A stretch of DNA of 64,000 nucleotides, from positions 7,998,001-8,062,000 of the forward strand of contig OX597841.1 of the NCBI GenBank assembly GCA_951406725.2, read 5' to 3'. Of the stretch, positions 10,830 to 24,636 are shown in pieces. The stretch is from Octopus vulgaris (lineage: Eukaryota). The notes below the pieces were generated by a model. That model worked only from the letters and a program-made list of their open reading frames with translations, was not told where the DNA came from and searched no databases. Numbering within the stretch: position 1 is the stretch's first letter; the number at the start of each line of letters is the position of its first letter. The position numbers and the translations under genes were made by a program.

Positions 10830-11620
10830 CCACCATTTATACGGAAGCATTTTTGTTAGAATGCCTTCGATAGAAGAAAGTCCAAAATTGAATTTCGCTG
10901 CAGCCGTCAGCGGGTGCAAACTCTGGATCTGTAGTATGTCTGTTTGGGTGTGTACTCATTATTGTGAGGTTTCACATATCTTTCACATAATTCATGTGAT
11001 ACTTATGGTGTTATGGGTTCATAAGTTTGTATATAACTTGTAATGTCATGGATATGTGTGAGACCCATATATATCTGTGAGAGGAGCGCAGCATAAGTTT
11101 ATGAGGTCATGTGTTTTTTCATGCATGAAGTTCATATAATGCGTATAACTGATGTTTGGAATGAAAATTTATCCAGGTTGCACGGGAGACAGAGTAGGTG
11201 GGGATATTTGCTTGAAATTTCAGAGTGTGAAATGCTGCTTATGCATGCAAGGGGAGAAGGTGTCATCCCTAATATTTGAAATATTCACTTTTGGTGTGAT
11301 AATGTATAATGTTTCAGTGATGTAAAGCTTGCATTTCCTGCCTCGTCCTCTGTTCTTGTTGGCCTCAGCAATAATACTCCAGGTTATCTGGATGTTGCTC
11401 ACACCTCTCTTTTTCAGTCTCTATTCTATATTGGCTAGGATTATTGTGTGTTTTTTTGTTTTGGGCTCTGAACAAAGCCAGGTGCAATGTATATCTTTAT
11501 TTGAAGGAGTTCCCTATCATTCCAATATATGTATTTGTTACTGTTCAAACCCATGTTATTGGTCTTATATACCAGTTCTTTTTCTGGGCACCCATTGTTC
11601 AGGAACAGCTATCTGAAGAT
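10830..11620 (-). mobile_element. Decayed Penelope-like element (GIY-YIG remnant)
   Basis: ITWSIIAEANKNRGRGRKCKLYITETLYII resembles the PLE endonuclease C-terminus (W.I...A......C.LC..E...I). Cut off by the Tc1 at 11624. Confidence 0.6.
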
Positions 11621-11623
11621 CTA

Positions 11624-12882
11624 GAGGGGTTGGACAAAATAATGGAAACATGTAGCATCATAATTTTGAAATATCTATAAAACTGTCAAAAGCTTGTTTA
11701 TATTTATGTTATTTGAATTATTATTAGTATTGCTTAATATGTTTTGCTAAAATTGCTGTTTCTTTTCAGATATCAACAGAAAAAGTTAACTGAAATTCAT
11801 TAAAATGACAGATCTATTGGACTTTCAAAGAGGTCAAATTGTGGTGTGCGTATAGCAGGCGCTAGCGTAATGAAAACAGCCGAAGTGTTTGGTGTATCAT
11901 GAAGTCCTGTCTCAAAAGTAATGACAGCCTTTGAGGAAGTGGGAAAAACCTTCTAGTCAAAACAAAACTCTGGAAGAAAACCAAAACCTTCAGATAAGGA
12001 CTGTTGGACTCTTACGCAAATTGTTAGAAAGGATCACAAAAGTACAGCTCCCAAAGTAACTGTAGAGCTTAATAACCATCTCAAGAACCCAGTTTCCATA
12101 AAACTGATTACTGGGAGTTGCACAAAGCTGGATTTCATGGGAGGGCTGCAATCAGAAAACCACTACTTTCAAAAACCAACTTTGCAAAGCATTTAGAGTG
12201 GGGTAAAAACCTACAAAACTGATCCCTAGAGCAGTGGAAGAATATCATTTTCTTGGACAAGTCATCTTTTACCATATTTCTGACCACTGGCCGAGTATAC
12301 ATGTGGAGACATCCAAAACAAGCCTTTGACCCAGACTACCTTCTTCCAACTGTTAAACATGGAGGAGGATCTATGATGATCTGAGAGGTGGGGGCTATAT
12401 CTTGGAAATCTGCCAGCCCAATGATTTCCCTTCATGGCAGACTATTTAAGCATTTTATCTGATCAAATTCATCCTATGATTGCAGAACTGTTTCTGAAGG
12501 GAAATGCAATCTTTCAGGATGATAATGCACCAATTCATAGAGCAGCTAAAGTTGTTACTGAATGGCATGAGAAACATTCTAGAGAAGTTGAACATCTTAT
12601 CTTGCCACCACAGCCTCCAGATCTCAATATTATTGAACATTTGTGGTGCATTTTAGGAAAACAGGAAAAGGAGTCAATACCCTCCACCATCATCACTGCA
12701 AGAATTGGGGACTCTTTTAGCTGAAAAATGGACAAAAATTCTTTTGGAAACAATTCAAACTTTGTACAAGTTCATACCTTGTAGAATTCAAGCTGTAATT
12801 ACTGCTACAGGCAGCCCTACCCCATATTAAAATAAATTTGTTTGAAATTTTAAGGTGTTTCCATTATTTTGTCCAACTCCTG
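11624..12882 (+). mobile_element. Tc1-family DNA transposon, full length, inactivated
   Basis: TIRs aggggttggacaaaataatggaaaca / tgtttccattattttgtccaactcct, with TA on both sides. Transposase motifs VKHGGGSMMI, FQDDNAPIH and PDLNIIEHLW (DDE type), interrupted by stops and frameshifts. Confidence 0.93.
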
Positions 12883-12898
12883 TATGTTTACACAATAT

Positions 12899-12970
<72 letters not shown>

Positions 12971-12999
12971 GCCAGAAGATGAGGTCCAGAGATTTTCAG

Positions 13000-14760
13000 T
13001 GTAGAAGACACTTAGTAGTGCTCAAATGATCCAAACTTAGACTCATACCTTTACAGGGAATCAATTCCACAGGATTTTAAAAATCATAACCTAGGTATCT
13101 CATTCGAAAATGACACACACTGGAAACATCTTAAATCTATATCACCCTTTCTAGAAACCCTATCAATCATTACAATATATCTACATCCTATCAAATTACC
13201 CTAAACTTACTCCTAATAGAATAGTCACAGATATTTTTATCAGAATCTCCAGCTTATCTACTAACAAAGATATTTTTAATAATCATGCCCCACACTATAA
13301 CCAAGCTCAGCAGATAAGTGGTTTCTGTAAAAAGAACTCTTATATCTCCAACACTAAACTTAAGGCAAAAATTGCACATTTCTTTCCTAGAGCAGGTAGG
13401 AAGACCACAGAGTAGGTAGGAAAACCACAGAACAGGTAGGAAAACTTGCAATTATTAGGTGTTTCAATTCAGCCCTCTTGGAGGTTTCTGTCAATGCAAA
13501 AATGTAGTCTACAAGTGCAGAGTAATAATACTATGCTCCCACCAAGTAAGGGTCTATAACGACAGAATGTCAATTTCAAGCACTGCTACTGAGCACAAAT
13601 GGACTCTTTCTCCAATCCAAATTCTAAATATTCTACCACCTTAGCAACTTAAATACATAACCACAAATCCCAAAACTACTCTATCCCGATCCATCATAAG
13701 GAGGCTCCCTCGTTCAGCTCAAACCTTGGTATTTGTAAGGGATCACTAATCATCCTTTGCAACCACAATCCCTGATTACTTAATAGATTCTCAGATGTAA
13801 TACTCTCTTGTAAACACAGGTTCTACTCATCATTTACTCATTTTATTAAATCTATATAATCTCATAACAATGATTATCATTAATTATAATTAACCTTGGG
13901 GTACAACAAGGTTAGCGAAGCAATGCATCTTCTCCAGTAATACCATCCTTCTCATGATTACCTTTGAAAATTCTTCTTACCCACAACATACCACCTCCCT
14001 CACAAATTGTATTCTTTCCCCATTGTCTCAATTCTCACCTTCAATCAAGAGCACTTGCAACTACCACAATCAATTAGCTACTAAACAATCAACATCCACC
14101 CCTCTACCCAATTTCATACACCTTTGCAAACCTCAGTACTCCCCCTCCACCACCAATCCACCTTCATTATAGTACTAACCACAGCTACCCTATCACCGAC
14201 TAACTCCCCACTCTATGCACCTCCCTTTATCTTCTCTCATATCTTTGTTCATACTTTAGTAATCTCCTTCTGTTGCCTAATTAGAGTCTTTCCCTCCCTC
14301 AAATAATTGTCATCCCTTTTCTCACTATCTCAACACTATACACAAACCCAATAATTGACTACCCTTAATTACTACCCACTGCATCCCTCCCACTCATCTC
14401 TCAACTCTCCACATCGACTACCACTTCCTTAATACTTCCATTCTTAAGCCGCCACTCTCTTTCTGAACTAGTTTATTTATCTCCTCTCACCATTCTGTCT
14501 TAACACTCGCCATAACTCCATCCTACCTCCTTCCTCTAATACTGCTTGCTCTCCACATTTAATCTGTCCACCTTTGCACTTCTTGATGGCAGCTCAATTT
14601 ATCCAATTCTGATTGCCTTCTATTATGGCCTACATACTGTGATGAATACATCTACCAACATTCTCCCAGAAACAGCTGTGAGACTTATATCCTCCCCTTT
14701 AATTTTCTCTGTCATTTGCACTCTGTAAGTTGGATCTACTCCTTTTCTCCTTCACTCAAC
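13000..14760 (+). mobile_element. Highly decayed Penelope-like element
   Basis: PLGGFCQCKNVVYKCRV is a GIY-YIG N-terminal motif. A hammerhead-like remnant TGATGA...GAAACAGCTGT lies at ~14640-14680. Flanked by (TA)n. Confidence 0.5.
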
Positions 14761-14788
14761 TCTCTCTCTCTCTCTCTCTCTCTTTCTC

Positions 14789-14847
<59 letters not shown>

Positions 14848-16140
14848 GCATGGATATATAGTTATGTCATCACTTCATCATTTAAAGTCTGTTTTCAATG
14901 CTTACATGCTTTGTTAGAAGCTGGTAAGCTAGAAGACTGTGCCAAGTTCAACTGTCTGTTCTGGCATGGCTTCTACAGCTGGATGCTTTTCTTAATGCTC
15001 ACCACTTTACACACTGTACTAGGTGCCTTTTATGTGACAGCAGCCCTGGTGAAATCACAAAGTATTTTACAAGACAAAAACCCTCAACAGAGGAGGGAGT
15101 AGTATTGAGGGAGGTAGTTTTGTGCCATGTGTGTATCTAATGGGAGACCACAAGAAGTTACATTATTAACCATGCATTGTTAGGAATCCACAGTTGGGTA
15201 TGTCACAGAATATATACACATGACAAAACAAGAAAGTTTGTGTATAAACTATTTAATTCGTACCAGCTTACACATGTTTCATAAACAAAAAAGAAACTAT
15301 ACAACTAAATTCTTTTTGGTATTGCTTCCAATTCTTTACATTCTGAGTTCTAATCCCACTGAAGTCAACTTGACTCATCCCCTCAATCCAAAAATTGTTG
15401 CATTTGTGCAAAATTTGATAGACATTATAACAACAACAACAACAACAACAATAATAATAATTATTATTAAGGTAGTGAGGTGACAAAAATCATTAGTATG
15501 CTAGACAAAATGCTTTGCAGCATTTTCTTCATCTTTATGTTGTGTTAAAATTCTGTGAAGATTGACTGCCTTTGATCCTTAGAGGGAGGGGAGAAGGCTT
15601 GATAAAATAAGTATTAGTTGAACCCTGGGGTCGATATAATTGATTTATCCTCCCCCTAAATATTGCTGGCCTTATGTTTAAATTTGAGACATTTAACCTT
15701 ATTATTATAAGGGCATGAGCTGGCAGGATCATTGCTGTGTTGGACAAGAAGCTTTGTGGTATTTCTTCTGGCTCTACATTCTGAATTCAAATACCACTGA
15801 ACTCAGCTTTGCCTTTCATCTTTTTGGGGTCAATAATATAAAATACTAATTTAGTAGAGGGATAATGTAATCAACTTGTCCTACCCACTAAAAGTACTAA
15901 AAGTTGAAACTATTATCATTAAGAGCAGGATTATAAGAACATGGAAAAAATGATCAGTGATACTTCTGTTCATACTTTATGTTCTGAGTTCAAATCTTGC
16001 CTGAATCAACTTTGCTTTTCATTGCTTTAAGTTTGATTAAGTACCAATTATAGGGGTGAATGTAATTTACATTTTTTCCTCCCCTTAAAAATGCTGGCCT
16101 TGTGCCAAACTTTGAAAGTTACTAATGTTTTTAAAATTTT

Positions 16141-16172
<32 letters not shown>

Positions 16173-16627
16173 ATAGAGGTAGTGGAGGTACTGGTAGTAG
16201 TAGTAGTAGTAAGAAGAGGAGTAGCAGTGGTAGTAGTAATGGTGGTGGTTTCGGTTGCAGAAATGGTCATGGTAACAGATTAGAGTTACAAGAAGAGCAT
16301 GTCCGTAACACTAAATTACTGTAATTATTTTAACCAATAGAATATATGATTTTCATACAATCATTTTTTGTTTTCTTTAAATTTTTTATCTGATTCCTCT
16401 TTGAATACTGTCAATCAAACACATTATCATAGACATGAATGATCACTACTGCCATGCACCTATCAATGCTACAACCCCAACCAAAAACAGAAAACAGTAT
16501 CCACACATACATTTAGTTTTTGGATTATTCTTTAATGTTATTAACAATAAGAAAGTGGTATCTATAATTAAATATGTCATAGAAAAGAGGAAATAATTTA
16601 TGTTTCATTCAAAATAATTATATATAT

Positions 16628-17050
16628 CATCATCATCATCATCATCATTTAGCGTCCGTTTTCCATGCTAGCATGGGTTGGACGGTTCAACTGGGGTCTG
16701 GGGAGCCCGAAGGCTGCACCAGGCCAGTCAGATCTGGCAGTGTTTCTACAGCTGGATGCCCTTCCTAACGCCAACCACTCCGAGAGTGTAGTGGGTGATT
16801 TTATGTGCCACCGACACAGGTGCCAGACGAGGCTGGCGAACGGCCACGCTCGGATGGTGTTTTTATGTGCCACCGACACAGGTGCCAGACGAGGCTGGCA
16901 GACGGCCACGCTCGGATGGTGTTTTTATGTGCCACCGACACAGGTGCCAGATGAGGCTGGCGGACGGCCACGATCGGATGGTGTTTGTTACGTCCCCAAA
17001 GCACGGAGGCCAGTCTATGCGGTACTGGCTACGGCCACGTTCGGATGATT
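16628..17050 (-). mobile_element. RTE 3' UTR fragment with three near-identical ~62-bp tandem units
   Basis: ttttatgtgccaccgacacaggtgccagacgaggctggc...ggccacgctcggatggtg repeated at ~16799, ~16861 and ~16923. Confidence 0.85.
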
Positions 17051-17737
17051 TATATCATATATGATAACACAGAGCACAAGTGTGATTAAGGCCCAATGAT
17101 GGCTGTGTGGCTGAGAAGATTGCTTCTCAACCACATGGTCTTGGGTTCAGTCTCATAGTGTGGCACATAAGCTAGATAAATAAATACTATGATAACGATG
17201 CTAGGTAAATGGTGGAAGTCATAGAAGGATGTGATTTCACAGCTGCAGTAGGGAGATCCACCTACAAAGTGGGAAACATGAACAAACCTAACATTTAATG
17301 AAAAGATTTCTAGACTAGACATGTAAGAGGCAAGAAATTTGCAAGCTGGAACGACAACAACTTTACTAGGAGAGCAGTAACCTCTAAATGAAAAAGTGTT
17401 ACAGTGTAGAAGAAACCAGAAAGACCAGCTTTCTAGTGTCACTGACATGATAGTATACACTATGATACAAAGTAGTTAGTTATTTGAAAAACCATACCAA
17501 AATTATGTTAATCATAAATACTATGTAAAATCCTATCCATGACATATAAGAAAGTGTGAGAGCACTTAGCTCCAGTCACTCTTGAACTTCCTTAGCCAGA
17601 TTTGTAGATAACTCATGCTGACTTCTCATGCAAAGGAAAACATATATCTTGTTCAACTGTATAAAGAAATACAGACTTTGAAATGAAACATCCTGATAAT
17701 ACCAGCTCCCCCCACTCTCTCTTCTTTCTTTATATAA

Positions 17738-17769
<32 letters not shown>

Positions 17770-17993
17770 CTCCATCTATTTCTGATTTGAAGTCATAGGA
17801 AGAATGGTGCATTAATTCTTTCTTTCATGAGAAAGCTACCTGCAGGAATTTATCTCTTTATGAATCAGCCCTACCAATCAGTGCCAAGGCTGCCTATGTA
17901 TGGAATGAAATATGTAAAAACAATATATGTAGTAAAATAAGGAATAGATCCTCAAACATTAAGCATCTTCCTTATATTTCCACTAAGAATTAC

Positions 17994-18013
17994 CTTGTAT
18001 TTCAATAGTTAAG
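17994..18013 (-). CDS. 20-nt microexon ((D)LTIEIQ + G)
   Basis: Acceptor aatttctctttataaag| and donor AAG|gtaatt, phase 2 to 1. It exactly restores frame between the 19-nt microexon and the 8558 exon. Confidence 0.55.
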
Positions 18014-18334
18014 CTTTATAAAGAGAAATTGATTGAGTTTAGCTTTGGTCTTTACAAATACTTCGACAAAGGCTTTTTAAGACTGAAATATTGAAATATA
18101 AGGCAAAAGCTGAAGTTTTTTGAGTTTGCTTTTGTTTACACTCTTTTATAACAAGCTAGATCAGTGTTGGCTTTCTAAAATACTTTCAATTCAATTTCAT
18201 AATGACACATATATACTATACCACATATACATACATACATGTGTACGTACATACATGCAAAGATGAGCATATATGAGCAGAAAACTATGCATGTATATGT
18301 TAGTAGAAAGCTCTGAGATGATAGTAACATTGAT

Positions 18335-18780
18335 CATCAAAGCAGTCTATCATTGACCAACAGCCGGGTTATGACCTTCCACTTTGAAGGGGATGCGTTT
18401 GCAATCCTGGAACAGGAAACATCAACGAAGTACCTGATGCACAAAATGGATAGAGATGTGGGAAAAGCAATGAAATGTGACAAACCATGCAGACCTTGTG
18501 AGTTGACACCAAAGACATCACCCACATCATAAGCAGTTGTCTGAAACTATTATCCCAATATTATCTTCCGATAAGATAAGATGTTGTAGCTAGGATATTC
18601 TCTAATATGTAACCTGTCAGAAGGATAACCCCAAGGACAAAGAAATAAAAACCCACTGTATGGTAGAAGTCAAAGCCACTCATAATAAAAAAAAGAGTAC
18701 TAGTGGAATGTTCCAGTGAAAATCTCAATAAAATGTAAGCACAACAAACCTAATATAATGATCTAGGTTAGAAATCAGCT
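18335..18780 (+). mobile_element. Decayed RLE-type (R4/Dong-like) non-LTR fragment
   Basis: Frameshifted CRPC...KDITHIISSC zinc knuckle and KHNKPNIMI (RPD-like) remnants. Confidence 0.5.
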
Positions 18781-21700
18781 CTCTCTCTACTGGCAAGAAA
18801 TCTTGAAATCAAACTGAATCATGACATGCATACATATGGAAAACAAATGCTAAATGATGATGATGATGATAAAGAAACATCATCATCACCATCATTTAAC
18901 ATCTGTTTTCTATAGACATTTGTGGGTGTGTGTGTGTGTGTGTGTGTGTGTGACAGAAAGTGTGTAAGGGATAAATTATCCAGGTGGGTACTGTAATAGC
19001 TCCCAGTTATATTTCAGGTTATGGCTAATTGAATAAAGTATCAATGCTCACTTAGTATGAGCAATCTTGCTTTGATTCTTTTGATGGGTGACTCTCGATT
19101 CATTCCTCTGGATCATGAATATTATTAGGAGTGTAAATTTCAAACAATTACAAGAAATACAGAGACTGGTACATCATCAAATTTTTCTTTTCATTTTACA
19201 GTTGGTCATCCATAATTAGTTGGTTAAAATGACCAACAGGTTTCTGCTCCACAGACTATGTACAAATGCACATGCAACCCAGCATAATATGCTGTGCACC
19301 TTCATTCAGGGTCTTTCAACAAGTGTAGTTTGAAGCAAACTGAGTTTATTTATTTTTTCATGGCAAGTTTATTTCCTTATTTTCCCCTGTTTAAGATATA
19401 AAGGGAAGTGATGAGGGATATGTTGAAATCTGATATGGCTATAAAGTTTATCTTTAGGCTGCCGGCTAATTAACATCAGTTCCAGGAGGAAATTGGGAGT
19501 TTTATATATATATATTAAATTAGGTCAAAGTATATCTTAGTGTTTTGATAGGCTTTTTCTTTATGTTACAAGAGATTGAATAGAATTAATATTAAACTTT
19601 GTTATATTGATGGAGTTCTGTCAATATATTGTTTATGAAATCCAGAAGGAAGGTACACTTTAAAGCGAGTTTTATGTTATACATAAGTTATTGTACCTGT
19701 ATGTGTTAGAATGACTTTAAAAAACAAAAAAATGGAAAATATTTTAAGCTAGTGATTAAAACGATATTTAGTTGAAAGTTGGTCAGATAAAGTTCCAACA
19801 TATACTTCTACCATTCAGCACCCCACTTTTGTGTATTGGATATCATTTTTACTTCCATATAAGTGGAGCATCAACAAGCATTAAGGTGAAACTGGCAAAT
19901 CAATTAAATTCATTTGAGGATAGAAATAAGTTGAACAACACTAGCTTCAGTCCATTCATCTTGTTGCTTAAGGATGAAAATGCTAACTTTAGTATAGAAT
20001 GAGAAAAAAATAGCATGGTTATACCTTATAAAACAAGGATGAAGAGTTGTGATTTGTGCATAGAAAAATGTACCATATTTTTACATTCAAACACTTATTG
20101 CTAAATAGGAGACAAGAAGAGGCCTTGAGATGTTTACATCTGCATGGTAAAGCCTCTCAGCATTTTCATACAGGTATTGGGTAGAATGATAACACAGTCT
20201 TCTCACTTGCACACCACAGTGAATGCCTCTGATGCTTAGTTTTTCTGTCTGCACAATTCTGCATAAAGAAGTGCAGATCACTGCAAGTGGATGGTATCTG
20301 CAGAAAAGGGAGACCCAAGAAGTCATGAAATGAAGTAGTAAGGACCGATCTCAGGATGTTAGTGAAACTGAGTCCTAGAAGTGTTGTGTCACACCAAAGT
20401 TAACAAGAAAACTTCTCTCACACCTTACCACAACAAACTAAACCACATTTCTACATCTCTTCTCTTCCTTGCATTTCCACTTCATACACTATGCTTACCT
20501 TCCACTTCCCAATCCTGTCCTCTTGGCCACTTAAAAAGCATCCAGTCTACACTGAAAAATGGTTAGCATTTGTAAGGGCATCCAAACCTTGCCTGTGCTT
20601 GTGCCATGTAAAAATCACTAAGCCCACTCTGGTGAGTGGTTGGTGTTAGGAAGGGCATCCAGCTGTAAAAATCCTGCCCAAACAGTAACAGAAGTCTGGT
20701 GCAGGATTCTGCCTCGCCAGCTCCTATCAAATTGTCCTACCCATGCCAGCATGGGAAGTGGATGTTAAACGATGATGATGATGTTATGCATGTTGTCTAT
20801 ACAACTGGAATATACCTGATGCATTTCTTTCCGGACATTTAGCATCCACAGGGAGAACCTCTCTGTTGTCAACAAAGGCAGTTGCTCCCTGGACTTTTAT
20901 AACCTATCCTTACTCCACCTATTATGCTTTCACAACACTCATTTCTAATGCTGATTAAGACAGTTAAGTTACGGAAGATACCGACTATTATCAAACTTGA
21001 GAAATTTCCTTTATTTCTTGGGAGTGCTTTTATGAAGGAAATCCCTTTCTCTATAAGCCTGTCTTGTACCTTTTGTGTACTTATTGTTTACATTGGTTAT
21101 ATAGTATAGAGTGTTTACTGGCTCCCTTTCTACATAATGAGTGTGGCTACATCCAGTTTGGAGTAGTGTTTTGTTTTATTTTCTGCAAGCTAAAAATTTC
21201 ATTTTTGCCAAAGTAACCTTTAGGCCCTTTCATTCTAGGCTCTGCTTTTATGTTAGGAACTTTTCTCCAAAACCTTTACCTGAACTGATTATGAGTACCT
21301 ATGGCTGCATTTATGTAGAACGAATTGTTCTTGATGGTTGACCACTTAATATCTTACTTTTTTGCAACATGGTCTCTTAATAATTTGTCTGTCTAACTAA
21401 ATTCATCTTTTCCTCATACTTAAAGGCGAAGTTTGTTTAAAGAAATGGCTAAACAATACTGTAGCATCTAAAAACAAGGAATCTCTAACTTAGTTACTCG
21501 TTGTCAATTATTGTAGCATTGCCACTATTTATAATGATACTTGTTTACACTATAACTATGTAGTAACAATAAATATGTAATGAAGCAGGGTCACAACCTA
21601 ACAATACAACAAGTGCTCCACAAACTATAAATGAATCAACAAATGATATTCTGACAAACTCTCCAAATGACACTTTACGACTTTCTGCAATTAACGCCTA

Positions 21701-22597
21701 TTCTCTCTCATTCTGACCCCTATTATTTATAGTCGTTCAGTCGAGTCTGTTCTCACAGGGGGTGTCATGACTCTCGCCACAACACAGGGAAAGGATGAAA
21801 AGATCATAACTAGAATGCCTTTGGTAAAATGTCTGTTCAATCAAGGCTAACTTATTAAGATATAATGTTTTTCAGCTTTTTCATTACCTTTAACTCGAGA
21901 TGATTGACTTAACCACTGAACAGATTGTTTCCTTTCAGCTTATATTCAGTTTCTTGGATGCTGCTCTTGAATTTCATTTCTAAAATATAGTTGGCATTTC
22001 TTATGCATCACAAACTTTGAAAAGTATTCTATAGAATATCTTTTAAAGAAGCAGGTAGGTAAGCCAAAATGCAAATTTCTTAAAACAAAACTTAACTTTT
22101 GCTGATGAAGTCCTATTAAATTCATAAAATAATTATAAAATAAATCATCATCATCACCATCTCGTGTAAGCCAAATCCATCAAATTCATCTCATAAAAAT
22201 CAAAACTTAACTTTTGCATGAATCATCCTATTAAATTCATATCATCATCATCATTCATAATCATCATCATCATCATCGTCGTCGTCGTCGTCTCTCGTCG
22301 TCATCATCATCATCATCATCATCATCATGTTCAATCATCATCATGTTAGTCTAATTGTTCAATATTTGTTAGATTGAGACAAATTTCTACTGCATCACCT
22401 GCTACACTGCTGTGTTGCTGGGGGTTGCAGCATTGTATGTTCTTTTCTGCTGTTGGGAGTGTGCATCTTCCCAGTACTCTACTGTATTACCTTTTTTTCC
22501 CTTGAGATGTGGTGCTGTCTTCTGTTGCATTACTGCTTATATTATGTGTTGAGTGTGTAGTGCTTTGGCTGTTTTAGCTTGCTGGTGGAAGTATATT

Positions 22598-23260
22598 TCA
22601 CTGGGTAAATGATGTATAGAGTGTGTCTTGTATTTGTAGGTTGTTTTGTTTAGGTTGTATTATTGGATTGATAGTGTCTTGCATAGAATGTGGGCTGTTC
22701 CTAGTAGGGCTATTTTTTAAAAAGTGTGTAGTGTTGAGGATCCAGGTATAGCTTCTACACTTTTGTTCATATGTTTTTTTATCATGCCCAATGCTCCAGT
22801 TATTATTGGTATTATTTTTACCTTCATGCCCCACACTTTGAATACTTCATTATCACCATTATCATTATTCATATACACACAACACATTAGACTGTTGGAG
22901 AAGAAAAAATCCTAACATTGGGCTACAATACGTAACCTTAGATGCCAAGAACCCTTCTAAGTATCCTAGCTGTCCCTAATAATACTATTTTCTGCAACTG
23001 TACTAAACTGGGTTTTATACCTATTTCCTCTATTCATCTTTTCAAATATTTAGAGATATTTCCTAATGCACCTATAAGTACTGGAATACATTTTACCAGC
23101 ACTTTCCATAGTCTCTGTAATTCAATGGCTAGGTTCTAATACTTTGCTGTTTTTCTATACCTTTCATATTGATTTTTTCATCATTTGGAACTGTAAAGTC
23201 AATTATCTAGCACTTTCTATTCTCCTTATCTACTACTACTAAATCAGGCCTTCTAACTTG
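22598..23260 (-). mobile_element. Two adjacent R4/Dong-like RLE endonuclease 3' ends
   Basis: RRPDLVVVD...IIDFTVPND...IPVLIGALG...LQKIVLLGTARILRRVLGI* at 22940-23260, and a second IIPIITGALG...LLGTAHIL at 22600-22840. Confidence 0.7.
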
Positions 23261-23429
23261 CAAAATACGATTATTTGTACCTCTGAGGATTGTGAATGAA
23301 ATTGTCTTTTTCTTAATGTCAGACACCAATGACCAGATGTCCAATCATCGACCACAACTGAGATGGTGATGATGATGATGATGATAATGATATACATATA
23401 CAACTAATCCACCATTATTGACAATGACC

Positions 23430-24310
23430 AAGGGTATCTCTTGAGACTAGAAGATGGATCACAGTGTTTGGCCGTGGCCATTCAGTCTGATGCATGCTCA
23501 GAAGGCTCTTCCACAAATCGGGCACTGGAAGTCTGCTGGGGCTGAAAGTAAAGAGTTGGCTCTGCATTGTATGCATTTTCACCATGCCCTCACAATCCTG
23601 TTCTGTTTGTAGGAGGTGGTACTTCTGTTGGTGTAGTCAGGCAGGGCAGTCTTGAGCTTGTATTTCCCAGGTACCAGTGTTGATCTGAAAGCTCTTCAGT
23701 GTATCCTTGAAGCACTTTTTCTGTTCACCTTGCATGCACTTGCCTTCTGTCAGGTCACTGTAAACCAATCTCTGAGGGAGTTGCATGTCAGGCATTTGAA
23801 CAAGATGGGTCTCAACTTTTGACTTGTCTAACTAGGTGATTTCCAACAACTTTCTAGGGCAGTGATATCAAAGCAATTTAGCTTTTCGGTGTGACATATC
23901 TAAACCATACAAATCTCACAGGCATACAATAGCATAGGCAGTAAAGCTGCTTCATACACCTTTACCTTGGTGACCAGCCGAATACCTCTCCTCACCTACA
24001 GTGATTTGGCTGCCTGGACAAATTCACCAGTATGGTGTGTCAGTTTCACAACAACATGCTTGCTCAAGTACTGGATCAAGGAGTTTCTTCCTCTGACACA
24101 TTCCCAGTCACTCATGAAGTCAAGAAGGGCTGTGTACTTGCACCTATGCTATTCAGCATGAGGTACTCAGCCATGCTGTTGGATGCTTCTGCAATGATGA
24201 TAAAACCAGCATCAAGATCATATTCACTACTGATGGCAGACTCTTTAATCTGGGGAGGCTACAGGCCAAAACCAAGATGGAAGAAGACTCAGTGTATGAC
24301 CTTTAGGTGT
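23430..24310. mobile_element. RTE/BovB-like LINE with inverted 5' segment
   Basis: The minus part (23430-24027) has RGIRLVTKVKVYEAALLPMLLYACE and a C-terminal CPICGRAF...H finger. The plus part (24028-24310) has RT FHNNMLA...VKKGCVLAPMLFS. Confidence 0.72.
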
Positions 24311-24445
24311 TTTAGCAACCAGTGCTATGAGGGAGTCATCCCCAAGTGCTATGCTGCAGTGACTCTGGCAAACAAACAAAACACATACATGGAATATGTG
24401 CAACCAATAATGTTTACAACATTAGAGTTGCTTTTAATTCATTAC

Positions 24446-24498
<53 letters not shown>

Positions 24499-24590
24499 TT
24501 AGAGACAAAACCACTATTAAGCAAATCAAACAAACAAAGACTTAATCCAATACATAAAAAATTTATATAAATTAAATAAAATTAAATTCG

Positions 24591-24636
24591 CCACTACAAT
24601 TGTTTCGTGTCTCTTCTAAGGACATTCATCAGGTGG
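24591..24636 (-). ncRNA. Minimal type-I hammerhead ribozyme (identical copy, on the host-gene sense strand)
   Basis: Exact reverse complement of 25780-25825. Confidence 0.82.

Noticed and set aside
16085-16324. Thr-rich or Ser/Gly-rich mucin-like ORFs
   Set aside because: Degenerate (TAG)n microsatellite, with no fitting splice sites and located on the cytoplasmic side of the TM exon.
21888-21979. Candidate exon with AG and GT boundaries between the microexons
   Set aside because: Stop codons in all frames tested.
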